DNA from: Octopus sinensis
Lineage: Eukaryota
Assembly (NCBI RefSeq): GCF_006345805.1
Contig: NC_042998.1
Location: 45,198,001-45,262,000 of the forward strand
DNA length: 64,000 nucleotides
Reading direction: 5' to 3'
Of this stretch, positions 49,553 to 64,000 are shown in pieces. Each line of letters starts with the position of its first letter. The first letter of the stretch is position 1. Under the pieces are notes generated by a model that searched no databases, had not been told where the DNA came from, and worked only from the letters and a program-made list of their open reading frames with translations. Position numbers and translations under genes: made by a program.

Positions 49553-51327
49553 ATGGGAAAGTGTATCGAACCTGAAACTAGAAGAAAATCGCCCAAAACA
49601 ACTCATGATGGTGCCAGAATGAAACCGGTCATGAGTGAAGAATTGGATTTTACCGCCCATACACTGTCTTCTGATCGACTGGGCAAAATTATTGAGGAGA
49701 TAGATGACAAGTGTAATGAAATGAGAGATGAACAAGCAATCCCTGTCGTTAAACTATTCCCCACCAACCTCTATGGTGATATCAACCCGATAAAATCTCA
49801 CATCGAGAACACGACTATAACCACCACCATCACCACAACCACAACAACAACAAGCAGCTCCAACAGCTGCAATACCTCCCCTTTTGTTACTTCTGCATCT
49901 CCCCCCTATTTTACCTCCCTTAAGGAGAGTAATACTTCTACACTTCATTCTAACCAAGAAGAAATAGTAGCATCAAATAACGACAAATCTTGTGCAGATG
50001 TGATCCACACACGAACTCTTATCATTGGCTGTGATGCTTCAAATAGTAGTAATCAGTGTGGTGATACTATTAGTGCAGCAACTGGCCGCTCAGTTATTGG
50101 TAGCAGTAACTCTAACAGTCACCCTGCTGTTTCTTGCAGCGCTAACAGACAACAATCCCGAGACCCTGTCTCAACAACAATTGATAACAACAAGCAATCC
50201 TCTGGCGGCATTAGTACAATTAATGTCGAAGAATCTTCGGAAGATACACAACAAAATCGCGAAAATGGTCGCAAGAAAGCAGAAGGTGCTGCAGTCTCGT
50301 ATACACTACCGCTCGAACGGCTTTCAGTCGTTGATTTAAACTCTGATGAGGATGAGAAATGTTCTGTTCAACAATCTAATGAAGATTCGATTAGATTCGG
50401 AAATTCCATTCCTAATAATTGTCATCGGGAATCTAAACAGTCCACACAGTGTTCCGTTGAGAATATCAACGATTCTTCCTTGACGTCGGCTTCTGGTGCT
50501 AGCGGTCATTCGAAAGGCAAAAATCAAGATACCAAATCACATTTATCGAATAACAGGAGTCTTGAATTGCCTTTGACGAATGGATTAACTCGAATTGTGG
50601 AGAGTAACTTGGCTTCTGGTTGTGATCTTGGCCATAACTTTCTTTGCCAGAATACTACCAGTGGTACCACAACCCCATCCATGTCTCCGATTGACGATGT
50701 CACTGTTATGGTAGGTAAAAACGGAAAGTTATCTACTGTACTTGAAAACATTCCTCTTTTGTACATCCCCACCACCAAACAGTTGGTGTCTCAGGACTGG
50801 AATTCAGTGACCCCTGGTAGTATTGAACATGGCAAACAGAAAGAAATAGAATATGTTCCTATGACTTGTAAATTTCAAAACGAAGACAAATCTTCAAATT
50901 GTGAAAAAGACTATGTAGAAGTTGATCAGAGTCCTCGGAGCACAAGCTGTTCGTTGAACTGTGTGGATACATCTAGTCTATCTAGTCTAAGTACCTGTAC
51001 AGATGTTGCTTGCGGTGTTTCGGTGGCATCAGGGGTCAGTGATGAATTCTGTGACAATTCCGCATCAACGGGAACCCCAGTCAATACTGAAGCAACTACT
51101 AGTTGTGCTATTTCTAATGTTTCCTCTACTGGGACCAACTCGCAGAACTCTACATTCGATACTACCAACCCGTTGGAATCGTGTCTTGTAGAGGTCAACT
51201 TACACTCTAGGAATTCTTACGAACCAACACGAAACCAATGGCCACCGTCAACACCTCAGGACCAAAATTTATTCATTCGAGATTGTACAAAACGGAAAAG
51301 TATCGGACTGACAGGATTTCTTGGCAG
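49553..51327 (+). CDS. TBC1D12: Large first coding exon of a TBC1D12/TBC1D14-like Rab GTPase-activating protein (Ser/Thr-rich N-terminus)
   Basis: Part of the only long ORF (49205..51331). Strong Kozak CAACCATGG at 49553; donor GGCAG|gtaaga (phase 2). [13 protein letters not shown]...GLTGFLGR resembles TBC1D12 FADIHLNSRNTFQ...GFADFFTR. TBC-domain exons were not found in the window. Confidence 0.65.
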
Positions 51328-51364
51328 GTAAGATTCAATACATACATGTGTGTATGTATGTATG

Positions 51365-51458
<94 letters not shown>

Positions 51459-54207
51459 GGCGAAACTAAAGAATACACACATATGTGATATTTTTATAGC
51501 TTGTGTTTATTATTCGATAAAATCTTTGTTAATGTATAAATACCATGTTATATCTGTCAACACAATAACTGTTTCTTGCGGGAAGAATACAAGCAAAGCA
51601 TAGAAAGCTAAATTGGAAGGATAGCGATTTTTTTTAATGGTTTTTCAGTAGTTCTACGCCAATATGTGTTTTCCACAAAACTCGAGATTTAATAAATATT
51701 ACATTTTGTTTTATTGTATTAATAGTATGCTTATTGAAAGTAAAACATGCTGCGAGTGTAAAATGTTTATTTGTCATCTGTGAAAACCTGTTACTCTCCC
51801 CTCTTGTTCAGAGTTTCAGGTATCTAAATAGAAGAAATGTTGGAAGCTAATTTTATAGCAAGCACCTCTACCTTATTTTCACGAATTCCCATTCTAGTTA
51901 TATGCTATGAATGTCTTTTTTTTTTTTACTACCAGTTTAACACCACCTTTAGACTAATAAAATTCAATGGTATGTTTCTACTCGGCAATTTATAACCATG
52001 GAGTGTCAAATACAAATAGGCATTCTTATTTTGAGAGAACTTATTTAAACAAAGGATGTTTCCTCATTTTTTTTTTTTTTTTATCATTCAGGGCATGACT
52101 ATATGTTAATGGTATGTAAGCGTGCATGGCGATTTTTTTCTTTCTTGCTCTTTAACAGAAAAAAATTACTACCAACTATTTAGGTTTCCTTCTCCATGGC
52201 ATTACTTTCCTGATAAAACTATTTCTCTGAAATATGCCCCGCCTGCTCATATCTCGTACCCATTTAATGCAACTATATTTGCAGCTATGGTTTGTTAGGT
52301 ATTACTCTTAAACGATTAATAGTTTTCGGTAGTATCTTTTGTGTAATCAGGTCGATAGTAATGTTTCTCATATAAAAAAACACACACACATTCACTTTCT
52401 CTTCCCCTTCCTTGCTTTCAGTTCAATGTAACTGCTGTTCATTAAACAGTTTCGTAATGGACCCCCTTACCCCCGACTCGTCTCCCATTCAAACAACTGT
52501 CTTGGTATATAGTAGTAGTCGAGGATGAATGTCGACCAGATTGAACTTCTGTGAACCCACATGTGACTATGTAGCTCAATGCGGGATCCACAAGTCCGAA
52601 AAGCATACCGAGTATCTATTTGTTTATCTCTCGCAAGAGATGCTCTGAGTTAGTTGCTGTGTTGAAGTGGGCTCCAGTTTATAGATGAACCTTTTCTCTT
52701 GTTTCGATTATTTGTCAACGATTCCATGTTGATGCCACATTTTTTTATCTCCCACAAAAAATTTCATTAAAGTATATATTTAAACAGCTCCTTCGGTCCC
52801 CTTCCCGTACGCTTTCTTTTTCATTCAGTTGGAAATGGAGGCAGTTGTTTAAATAACCCGACAGTATGGCATTTGCACGACATGGCCAGCCCGTCCAAGT
52901 TAATGTGTAAACATAGTTTCACTATATGAGACGTTGGCTTGCTTTGAGCACGCTGACATTCTTCTGTTCTGTCACTGGATGGTACATTTAATCTAGTGTT
53001 GGATTTCCTCACGAATGTCAACGTTCTGCGATATACAGGTGACTACTCAGGTACTGGAAGGGCATAGCTACATAATTGTGATATCTATTTTTTCAAAAGT
53101 TATGAGGAAACAAAGTCGAGTGGAGGCACACCTTTGTAAGTATGCCTACTGGAAATACACATTTTCCCTGTAACAACTATCGTTATGTAAAAAATTTTTT
53201 TTTAAATGACAAGACCAGGGCCCTGCTTTTTGGGCGCTTGTTCATATCAGACCCTTGTTCTAATTTACGTTGATCGCTAGACCCACGTTCTTAGCGAAAA
53301 TTCTTCTGTTGAAGTGGCACTACCTGCAGCATCAGTTGCACACTGAAGTTTCAAATGCCAATATAGCTATAGGTCTTTGTTCCGGCACGGAGTCTGCCAG
53401 GGTTCAATAACCTTTACCATATCTCTGCAGTTTGAAATCTGGGTACTATGTGGGTGTTTGCTCATTGTCCAAAGAAAAAGAAAAAAAAAAGCGCTTTTGT
53501 AAGAGAATCAATGGTGGTGGTGGTGTTAGTAGTAGTAGTGATAGGCCATATCTTTTTGACACCCACATTCCTCACCGCATGGCTATAATAGTTGTTTTAT
53601 TTTTGTGCTTTATCTAGTCCGAAGCGTGTTTTCAATGTGATCTTGTGTTTATTATACGAGTTACTGAGCTTTGGTTGAAGACAAAAAACAAAAAAAATAT
53701 CATGTTAAGAGAATTCTTGTCTTTCGTATGAATGTTGACAAGAGGTATTTTTTTTTTATATATATTTATGTATATAAATTTGTCTTTTTGCTAGAGATAT
53801 TTTTAGTGGCTGTTAACAAACATATATTTAGGTTAAATTGTAGGGATAATTTAGTTGCAATATTCGGTCTGGTTAAGTCGTCACCTCTTGGGAAACCTGA
53901 AAGGAGATTTGTCACTAAAGACATTTACACAGCGATTAGAACTACTAGAATTCTTCCTTTTGGTAAAAATCATCTGTTTTTATTTTATTTTTATTTTTTA
54001 CTCCTTCGTCAGCTAATGTCAAATTCTTTATAGCTACATTTTTTCTGAAATAGTCATTGTATTTGATGCTTGGGAATCATTAAGTTCTCTCTCACCCCCC
54101 CACACAGGAAAATTCTTAAATCTTTGATCAGGAGACCAGAAATTCAAAGGGGTCTCTATACGAATTAAAAATAACCCGGAGTCTCTCTGCTAAAATATTA
54201 AATCTGT

Positions 54208-54224
54208 TATATATATATATATAT

Positions 54225-54276
<52 letters not shown>

Positions 54277-54281
54277 CACAT

Positions 54282-54315
<34 letters not shown>

Positions 54316-54713
54316 TATATATATATATAACACACACATATATGTATATATATACACACACACATTATATATATATATATATTATATATATATATATAAT
54401 ATATATATATATATACACCACATATATGTATATATATATATACACACACATATATGTATATATATATACATACATATATGTATATACACACACATATATT
54501 ATATATATATATATACACACATATATATGTGTGTATGTATATATATATGTACACACACACACATATCTGTATATATATATATATTATATATATATATACA
54601 CACACACATCTGTATATATATACATACACACACACATCTGTATATATGTACATACACGCACACATCTGTATATATATATATACACACACACACACATTAT
54701 ATATATATATATA
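54208..54713. repeat. Compound (TA)n/(CA)n microsatellite
   Basis: Direct inspection. Similar tracts at 1465-1582, 1798-1880, 2130-2210, 6380-6520, 6828-6970, 17080-17365, 18490-18905 and 51340-51458. Confidence 0.97.
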
Positions 54714-56710
54714 ATGTTTGGAACTGGTATTTAGGAATCTCCCATTAAAATTAATAATTGTCTTTGCTTTCTTTAATTGTAATTTTATTAAACTTAATTA
54801 TCTTTCTGTTATTTTTCTCTTATACATATGTAATTACGGCAAAATTCCATTATGCCGCATATGACGAATAGCACTGTCGAATCGCTAAAATCTGGGTGTT
54901 TAAATTTGCTTTTGCACATTTCTGGCAATATTGGCTTGCCAGTTCCAAGTTTTCGATAGAGGCCCTGTAGAATAAAAGAATATTTGGTTCTGTTTATGCT
55001 TTCTGCCGATAAATGAAGGCATTGAGAATGATTCATCAAACCGTCCCAAATAACAGTACGATAAGAATATTACAAGTCAGCAATAAGTATGTGTTGTGTA
55101 TAAAACATTAAAAATGTAAATATTTCGATTTAAACGTTGAACAGTTCAGATTATGTTAAAACTCCTTCCATGGGATAAATACAGTCTTTCCTTTTAATGA
55201 ACCAACTCCTCTTCGCGAACAGATTAAAGATATATATTATTGAGTAATTAAATACAAAAGTTTAATGAGTCCACCTGAAAGTATTAATGTGAAAATAAAG
55301 ACAATTTCATATTTAGTCTGGGCTGTCTTTATCGAAAATTGAAGACCTGCACATGACAGCTATTGTTCGTTTCCTTCTATTCTGAGAAGACAATTTATCT
55401 ATAATAATTTCGTTTTAACACCCATTTTCCCCGTGTTGTTTCGACGGGTCACGAATACTCATCTTTTGTATTCGTTTTGATTTTGCCTCATCTTGTTCAT
55501 GAGATCCCAATACTTACAGATCTACTTTTACCACTTCCTGGACAAATCTCGTTTTGTCTAAGCTAAACTCTTCTATAGATCTTTCTACTGTCAAGACATT
55601 ATTTCCACCCTGTTAAAATATTACATGAATATACCAATTGTCCCTAGCAGTTTCGCCTTAATATTAAATGTAGCCTTTTCCCATAAATTAGCCCACACTC
55701 ATTCCTCTCGATTTGCTGCAGATCTTCCGCATTCAAAGCTCACTATTCTTAATAGACCCATTTTCTACTGTCATTATGCATGAAAATTTTATTTGAAAAA
55801 TTGTTATATTTTTTTTAAATGCTTATATAATAATGATATGTTTCCGATATTGATGTTGTATAATTGCTATTCGTCGTCAACATGTTACATTTTCTCGTTT
55901 TCCCACCTGTTGTTGATTGTATGTGACATGTCAATTTCGGAGACAATATGTCCGAATAACAAACAGACCCAGTAATTTAAGATATTTGATGTTACTTTTG
56001 TAAAAATGTAAAACAATGTGGAGAATGTTTGTGAAGCGGTGGCTGGATAAAGTAGTTGTGTGATGATAGTAATTTTAGATTGAAGAAATTAAGTAGTTAT
56101 TACTACAGTTCAGTTGGGTTTTTTTTTTTTTTTAACATACTGAAATTGTTTACAGGCTTATGACATTGGTGTTAACCGCAGCATGTTAGATATACATTAA
56201 TATGAGGAATCCTTCATATCTTTTCTTTTATCTTTTACTTGTATCAGTCATTGGACTGCGGTCATGCTGGGGCACCACCTTGAAGGGTTTGGGATGAACG
56301 TTTTTTTTTTTTTAAAGTCTGGTACTTATTCTATCGGTCACTTTTGCCGAACAGCTAAGTTTCTGGGCCGTAAACAAACCAACACCTATTGTCAAGTAGG
56401 CGGGGAGGGGACAGACACAAAGATGCATACACACATACATATATACATGTGTGTGTTGTGGATTAGATAGCTTTATTATTATTATTAAACTGTTTTCAAT
56501 ATGGACTCAATTGTTCTGAAGTCTTAACATTTTTTGTGACTCACACACATATATGCCATGATCTTAACCGAAATATAAAATGTATTTTTGATTGGGTGGT
56601 ATTCATCAAAAAAATTCAAGAAAATAATAATTAAACTTTCTCTGTGTAAATTAAGAGCAAGCTCATATTAATGGTACCAGTTGAGGTATAACAATTTTAT
56701 TTTTAGAATT

Positions 56711-57127
56711 TCATCATCATCATCGTTTAACGTCCGCTTTCCATGCTAGCACGGGTTGGACGATTTTGACTGAGGGCTGGCAAACCAGATGGCTGCACCA
56801 GGCTCCAATCTTGATCTGGCAGAGTTTCTACAGCTGGATTCCCTTCCTAAAGCCAACCACTCCGAGAGTGTAGTGGGTGCTTTTACGTGCCACCGGCACG
56901 GGGGCCAGTCAGGTGGTACTGGCAACGACATCGCTCGAATCTTTTTACACATACCACCGGCACAGGTGCCAGTAAGGCGATGCTGGTAATGATCACGCTC
57001 GAATGGTGCCTTTTACGTGCCAAAGGCATGGAAGCCAGTTAACCACTCTGGCAATGATCACGCCCGGATGGTGCTCTTAGCACCCTACTAGCACAGGCAC
57101 AAGTGCCAGTAAGGCGACGCTGGTAAC
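56711..57127 (-). mobile_element. RTE LINE 3'UTR copy
   Basis: Same family. Confidence 0.85.
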
Positions 57128-57158
57128 ATATTAATATAATGTTTAAAGTAAAAAAAAA

Positions 57159-57530
57159 GGAGTGGCTGTGTAGTAAGTAGCTTGTTTACCAACCACATGG
57201 TTCCGGGTTCAGTCCCACTGCGTGGCACCTTGGGCAAGTGTCTTCTACTATAACCTCGGGCCGACCAAAGCCTTGTGAGTGGATTTGGCAGACGGAAACT
57301 GAAAGAAGCCCGTCGTATATATGTGTGTCTGTGTTTGTCCCCCTAGCATTGCTCGACAACCGATGCTAGTGTGTTTATGTCCCCGTTACTTAGCGGTTCG
57401 GCGAAAGAGACCAATAGAATAAGTACTGGGCTTACAAAAGAATAAGTCCCAGGGTCGAGTTGCTCGATTAAAGGCGGTGCTCCAGCATGGCTGCAGTCAA
57501 ATGACTGAAGCAAGTAAAAGAGTAAAAAGA
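57159..57530 (+). mobile_element. tRNA-derived CORE-type SINE
   Basis: Same family. Confidence 0.85.
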
Positions 57531-58456
57531 GAGGATAAATTGGACCTGTACTTAAATTAAAGAGATCATTTCGAAACCTAAAGTGCTGTTATAAAGAAAC
57601 ATATTTTTTAATGGTTTTAAATAAGACACCTTTCCTTTTTTATATAAAGAAAATGACTGAAAGTACAATTTTGTTTATAAATCTTTTAGCAAGCATGAAA
57701 GGACATCTAAGTGTAAGCACATCCTCTCCATATTTGATTAAATAACTGTTAGGTATGATTGGAATCTCATATGTATATAAGTAACTTAAACACATTGTTT
57801 TCTGTTATCTAAAAACAGGGTTATGTTTTGCAGAGGGAAATAACCAGATTAATTGAATCCTCATTATTGCTGTCTGTGTTATCAATATTTAGAAAGATGC
57901 AAAGCAAATTTGAACTCAGATCCTAGAAGAACAATACTAAGCAAAGCAATTAGTCCAGCTTCCTGTTATTTCTGTCATTTTCACCAAACTAAATTTAAAT
58001 ATATTGAAGAATATATATGACATGCCTGGCATTGATAGGTGAATAATTTAGGTTAATATGTAGAAATGAATTTAGGGCCACTTAAGCTTAATAATGACGG
58101 TGTATAGGAAAGTAGTAGGTAGACAATAGTGTAAGCAATTTAAACATCTAGATACTAAGCAATACATTCTACTTGAGTCTTGAGACCATGAACATCTGCA
58201 GTGATTCACTTAGAGCTCTAATATTCAGTTATTTGATTGAATAAATCAGTGAAGGTATTGTTAGTGAGAAGAGATCATATTAGTTGCAAGGAAGAGAACT
58301 TTTAATATCAACAGATTCATTTTGCTGAAAGCATGTTGTATTGAAATATAATCAGACTTGAAAATAAACCTTCAAATGATAGAGGAAAAATGTGTACTGT
58401 GTCTTAATATGAATCAGAGAAAACTGAAAGCAAGTAGTTTGGGAATTAGTAAACAT

Positions 58457-58850
58457 TCATCATCATCATCATCGTTTAATGTCCGTTTTCCGTGCGAACA
58501 CAGGTTGGATGGTTCAACTGGGGTCTGGGAAGCCAGGAGGCTGCACCAGGCTCCAGTCTGATCTAGCAGTGTTTCTACAGCCCGATGCCCATCCTAACGC
58601 CAACCATTCCGTGAGTGTAGTGGGTGCTTTTTATGTTCCACTGGCACAGGTGCCAGGGGAGGCTGGCAGCGGCCACGATCGGTTGGTGCCTTTTATGTGC
58701 CACCGGCACAGAAGCCAGTCAAGGTGGCGCTGGCATCGGCCACGTTCGGATGGTGCTTTTTACGTGCCACTGGCACAGGTATCCAACCACAATTCCCATT
58801 TGATATTTATTTTGATGTTGATGTACTTGACTCAATATGTCTCCTCAAGC
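58457..58850 (-). mobile_element. RTE LINE 3'UTR copy (variant subfamily)
   Basis: Same tail; internal units resemble 6521-6826. Confidence 0.8.
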
Positions 58851-61715
58851 ACAACAGAAACATTATTGTTTACAAAAGGAACAAAAAATGAAGATGAAGT
58901 AGACACATGGTGATAATCTTTATTGCTACTTTTAATGGGCTGCATTAAAAGACATGTTACTATAAGTGTAGGGATTTACTCTGAAATTGAATGAAATGAG
59001 AAAATGGTATAAATAGTATACAAAATATAGTAAAGTACCTTGTGGGAGGTTACTACCTAGAGGCAGTCAAGGAATCCTACTGACCCATGATTACTCTGAC
59101 TACCACCAGCAATTGCTTTCTTCCAGCTGTCATTTTCTGGCCTACAAGTACATGCTAAGAGCATTCAGTCATGTTTACTAGAGGGCAGCTGTTTACATCA
59201 AACACCATTTAAGTTACCCTCTGAGTTTAAAAAGATTGTCTGTACATTGTGTACCAATCAGTTTTGAAACCACACCGCTACCACCATCCTGGCCAGCCTC
59301 CTGATGCATACACAACCATTGTTATGCAGATCCTGGTTTTGCCGACAGCTACTGCATTTATACCTTGTCACTGAAATCATTGGACAAGTGGCCTTGCTTC
59401 CAAGTCAACTCTTGACCAGGTGCACTTATCCATCATATTATGTCGGTCAGAGAAAAGAAAAGGCTCAGCTGTTTTGCTGGTCTTGGAGAAGCATGAGCAT
59501 TTGGTTTTCCCAGCAGCAAAGATAGTGGTGGTAGAGTGCCTTGAAGGGTCTCTCTCTCTAAAATTCCTTTGCTTTTTTTGTTATTCGAATGCCACATAGG
59601 TATGTGAGTTTGACCATGAGTAATTTTTGGTGTTAGTTTGTGCATGAGTTTTTCAAAAATGTTATATGATAACAGCGAGTTGATCTGTTATGAGTCAGTG
59701 ATGTATGACAATAAGAACACAATCAAACTAAGAAAAATATAGAGTGAAGTAGATACAGCTGTTTAATATTTGAGTGAATCAAAAGACATAGCAAATGAGA
59801 GACTCTAATGGCTTATAATTTAGCTGACTTTCAACACATGCTATAAAAGAATGGAATGAAAAGCTGTATGATAATTTTATTGAATAGAGTATAAATTACT
59901 TTTGTTTTCATTTTTATACTATCCTGTTATTACTTATAGATCACATCTTTTATGATGGTGTATATGAATACATTTACATTTATCATTTCACTTTTCAGTG
60001 GTATTCCATACTGATATTATTTCTATATTTGACTTTTCTTATTTTATAGTATTTTATTCACATTCCATACCTCTCTTTTTCAAGATAATGGAATTTCATT
60101 GCGCTTTGATTTTTTAGTTTTGTTTTTGATAATCAAACAACTTTTACCCACTCTAACATCATTATTCTAAATAAATGTTGATAATGTAGCTCTTTTAATT
60201 GATTATATTGAATAAAGAAACAGATTTTACCAAGTTTCATAGGTCACACAGCAACTGGTCATTATAAATATAAGCAGGTACATATGATGCATTTAGTAAC
60301 AGTGTCGTAAGCACCACCCCAGGTATTTTCGAGGTTAGTATATCATTTTCCTTGTCTCGACATCTAGAATCCAAAAAAGTTGGGAGGAATAAGATCAAAA
60401 ATCCAGCTGAAATAAATTGTACTTTGACACTATTGACACAATGCTCACTCACCCAAATTGGGATCAGAGTTTAGTAACACACCATCATAAGTACACATCC
60501 TCAATCAATAACTTTGGTGTGATCCCCGTTTTGTTTTTGGAGGCGTTATGGCTCATTTTCTAATATTCCTCATTACCATCATAAGAATAATGAGCTATTA
60601 TCTTACTATCTTGTCTTACCTGTTAAAGATACTTACCTTGGTGTATTAAAATACAAACAATACCTTTGCGGGGTCTCTGTATGTTTTTCCTAAGTATTAT
60701 CTAAGTATTATATGCAATGCAATACATCATTTCGTAGTACTGGTATATTCTACAAAATGAAAAAGACGCAGTCATTTTTACATCTTTCAGATGAATCCAT
60801 GAATAAATAATTTTACATAGGTGGAATGATTAGAGGAGGTCTTCACAGTCATTTTAAAACCAAAACCAGCTTCCTAACTTCATTCCTTACTGAGATATTG
60901 CATTCTGAAAGTCGCAAAACTTTGCATTTTTCTCAGTTTTTAAGCTGTGGTGCTTGCGACTGTCTGTTACTAAATGCCTGATGTAAAGTAATGCCATCAT
61001 GAGTTTTTACATCCATTTTCCAATGCCTGCGTTTGTAGAATGGATCCTTTCCAATGTAGTATCTTGCCATTTGTTACATTCCTTTGTCATCTCCTTTGTG
61101 TGGTTCAACATCCTGAGATCAGCTTTCACCACTTCAGCCCATGTCTTCAAAGATCTTCCTCTTTCACATTTTCCTTTTCACTGGGGGTTTCCTAGTATCT
61201 CATACCTACCTGTTATCATCCATATGCATCACATGTCCATATTATTCTTGCACAGTACAACTGATTTCTCTTAGACGCATTTTTCCCTCAGCTCATCTAT
61301 ACCTCATTATTCATACACACTAATATTACACATCTAGTGAAGTATGCTTGCTTCATTTCTCTCCAACCATCACACATCCTCTGCATTCATTACCAAGTCT
61401 CATTTTGCATCATTATCCTTAGTATACAAGTAACATGCAATCTATCCATCACTCAAACAAATATCATATACCATATTCTATAGAAATTCTTCAAAGCATT
61501 TTTTATTATTTTATATTTCTCTTAGAATTCTTACAGATAAAACACCCCCATCATCATAATTTAATGTCTATTTTCCATACTGGCATGAGTTGAATGGTTT
61601 CACACAATCCGATAAACTGTGATTGTTATCTTAACTCAATTTTACTCTAACTTAAACCATAATGTACAACTATCCAGAAATTCATCATTATCTTTTTTTG
61701 TCAGTTGTTCTAGAT

Positions 61716-62353
61716 CTGTGGTTTTCAACCAGGGTCCATAGAAAATTTGGGGGGGATCCATGCAACAAAATGGTAAATTTGGGATCCCCAATAGTATTTT
61801 AAGGGCTCCTGAAAAAATTTTGCTTTAGATGTATGAATTGGTATTTGTTTTTTGTTTGTTCCTGCTTGAGCCATGCCTGGCTCATAAGGGCCGGTTTCTT
61901 GGCGTATAGGTTCCCCACCTGGACGGGACGCCGGTCCATCGCAGGTGAGCTGCAAGATGCAGGAGGAAAGAGTGAGAGAAAGTTGTGGCAAAAAAGTCAG
62001 TAGAAGTTCGCCATTACCTTCTGCCGGAGCCGCGTGGAGCTTAGGTGTTTTCGCTTATAAACACACACATCACCCAGTCTGAGATTCGAACCCACGATCC
62101 CTCGACCGCGAGTTTGCTGCTCTAACCACTAGGCCATGTGCCTCCACATGAATTGGTATGCATTGCAAGAAACAGCTAGGTTTCTTTCTATTACATTCTA
62201 CATAGTTCAACATACACAAGTTGATGTGTGAAAATTAAATTAAGAATTTTGAAAGAAGTTTCTGGAAAATACGTTTTTTTAAACAAACAGGGTCCACCAG
62301 AATAAAATAGTAATCAAAGTGGTCCCTTGATAAAAACTGGTTGAGAACACCTG
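61716..62353. mobile_element. hAT-Charlie-like MITE with a nested SINE
   Basis: TIR ctgtggttttcaacc / ggttgagaacacctg; 8-bp TSD ttctagat / ttctacat. Confidence 0.8.
61845..62147 (-). mobile_element. tRNA-derived SINE with 12-bp TSD
   Basis: TSD ATGAATTGGTAT at 61833-61844 and 62148-62159; tRNA-like head GGCCTAGTGGTTAGAGC...GGTTCGAATC. Related copy at ~34305-34610. Confidence 0.85.
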
Positions 62354-62816
62354 TTCTACATAATATGAATCAAGTTTTGCACGTTATTGTTACATTCCTG
62401 GATTTAACATGCACTAACATGTATGTAGAAACAAATTTGCAGGTCTTAATTTTTCTTCCTGATTTAATAAATACTCTTCTATAATTAGCTTCATATATCA
62501 TTGCTCAAATGTCATACCATACACAACATCATACTTGTATATTTAGCTCTATTTACAGACATTACTGCACCTCACTATAGTAACTGCAATCTGCTGTCAT
62601 ACATATGACACTTACTTATAGTAGGTATTTCTGGATTTTAATCTAAATTGATAGTACTTAAGCTTTTATTCTTCTCACACCTACTCCCCTAATCCCAACC
62701 CATAATCCAACTTGGGTTGGGAAGCAACTGGAGATTTAACTAACCATGTTACATTTCATAGATAGCCACCAATGCTAATTTAAACTTTCTTCTGTATATA
62801 TTGTTCCTTTTGATAA

Positions 62817-63045
62817 GGCAGCGAGCTGGCAGAAACATTAGCATGCCGGGTGCAATGCTTAGCAGTATTTCGTCTGCCATTATGTTCTGAGTTCAAATTC
62901 CGCCGAGGTCGACTTTGCCTTTCATCCTTTCGGGGTCAATAAATAAAGTACCTGTTACGCACTGGGGTTGATGTAATCGACTTAATTCCTTTGTCTGTGT
63001 TTGTTTGTCCCCTCTATGTTTAGCCCCTTTTAGGCAATAAAGAAA
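62817..63045 (+). mobile_element. Meta-domain-like SINE
   Basis: ggcagcgagctggcagaa...gagttcaaattcc...gactttgcctttcatcctttcggggtc. Inverted copies at ~14868-15085, 15095-15245 and 31945-32150. Confidence 0.75.
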
Positions 63046-64000
63046 TATATATTGTTCCTTTTCATTGCAATGTATTCATTCCTCAAATTTATGTTGTTCC
63101 TTTTTGAAAAACATAAGTCTTCCCAAAAGACAACATATGTATATAGATATGCGCACACACACACACACTGTTATCATCATCATGATTTAATGTCTGTTTT
63201 CCATTCTGATATGGGTTGGATGGTTTGACAGGATCCAGTGATCCACAGGTCTATGTCAGGCTCCAGTGTGAACTCTGGCATAGTTTCTATGACTGGATAC
63301 CCTTCCTTACACCAACTACTTTACAGTGTGTACTGGGTGTTGTTTATTTTTCATTCCACCAGCACTAACGTGTGTGTGCGCGCACTCACGCGTGCATGTG
63401 CACATGTGCTTTAAGTTCTCAAATCTGAATGTAGTGCATTTCTTCACACATATCAAAGTGTTAGTGTCTGCATAAACCAATAAGGGAGTTAGTGTTGTCA
63501 CTGTGCTTGAGCTTTCAAAGAGTCTTTCAACGAGCACAAATGGAAACTATAAGACCATATGTTTTAGGTCCCTAATGTTTGAAACAATACTTTTCACAAT
63601 AAAACATAAAATACTTCCTTTAAACAACTTACCTCTATACTATCGGGTTGCTCAAGCAGAGATGAAATAGACTAAGCTCATACAATCAACATTAATGACA
63701 ACCTGTTACTAGATTTATTTTCCTGCATTGATTTAGTTGTTTTACAGAATTAGCCTCTCAAAGCAAATCTGACTTTACAGTAATGTTTTAAGTATTTCTT
63801 CGTTCTCTCTCCAACAACAACCCCCATGTATTTTAAGCAATTAAAGGTCACGTATACTTTGTTTAATGTTAATGACAATTGACAAAAGAAAATATAAGTT
63901 CAGGTGAGCAACAGTTTTAAAAGCTAGATAACTGCCATTTTTATAAGGTTTTGTTTGTTTTTATTATAATATAATTTTCTTTTCTTTAACTTATAAGCTT

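Noticed and set aside
53041-53141. gtaagt donor at 53136 as an alternative TBC1D12-like exon
   Set aside because: The phase-2 frame has a stop at 53065 and no ATG, and the ATG-containing frame is phase 1.

Overview
AT-rich, repeat-saturated animal genomic DNA, most likely octopus. That is an inference from the dense (TA)n/(CA)n microsatellites, tRNA-derived CORE-type and Meta-type SINEs and abundant RTE LINE 3' ends. Nearly all ORFs in the supplied track are microsatellite or transposon artefacts. Host genes: (1) a complete five-coding-exon RPP14 (RNase P/MRP subunit, 123 aa) on the minus strand, 42141..26296, reconstructed by hand and absent from the ORF track; (2) a large first coding exon of a TBC1D12/14-like Rab-GAP on the plus strand, 49553..51327, divergent from RPP14; (3) a probable terminal coding exon of an unidentified plus-strand gene, 15505..15627. 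Mobile DNA includes a deleted CsRn1-like Ty3/Gypsy element (21633..24907, AGAC TSD, tRNA-Trp PBS) inserted inside the RT ORF of a Naiad-type Penelope-like element, plus RTE, CR1 and CRE LINE fragments and mariner, Tigger, hAT and piggyBac-type DNA elements. The most unusual signal is a dispersed set of non-coding segments next to (TA)n/(CA)n tracts. They carry mostly degenerate minimal type-I hammerhead-ribozyme motifs with long stem II and palindromic stem III, and/or long fold-back hairpins. They are best explained as Penelope-like pseudo-LTRs or retrozyme-like elements. All identifications are by eye and need database confirmation.
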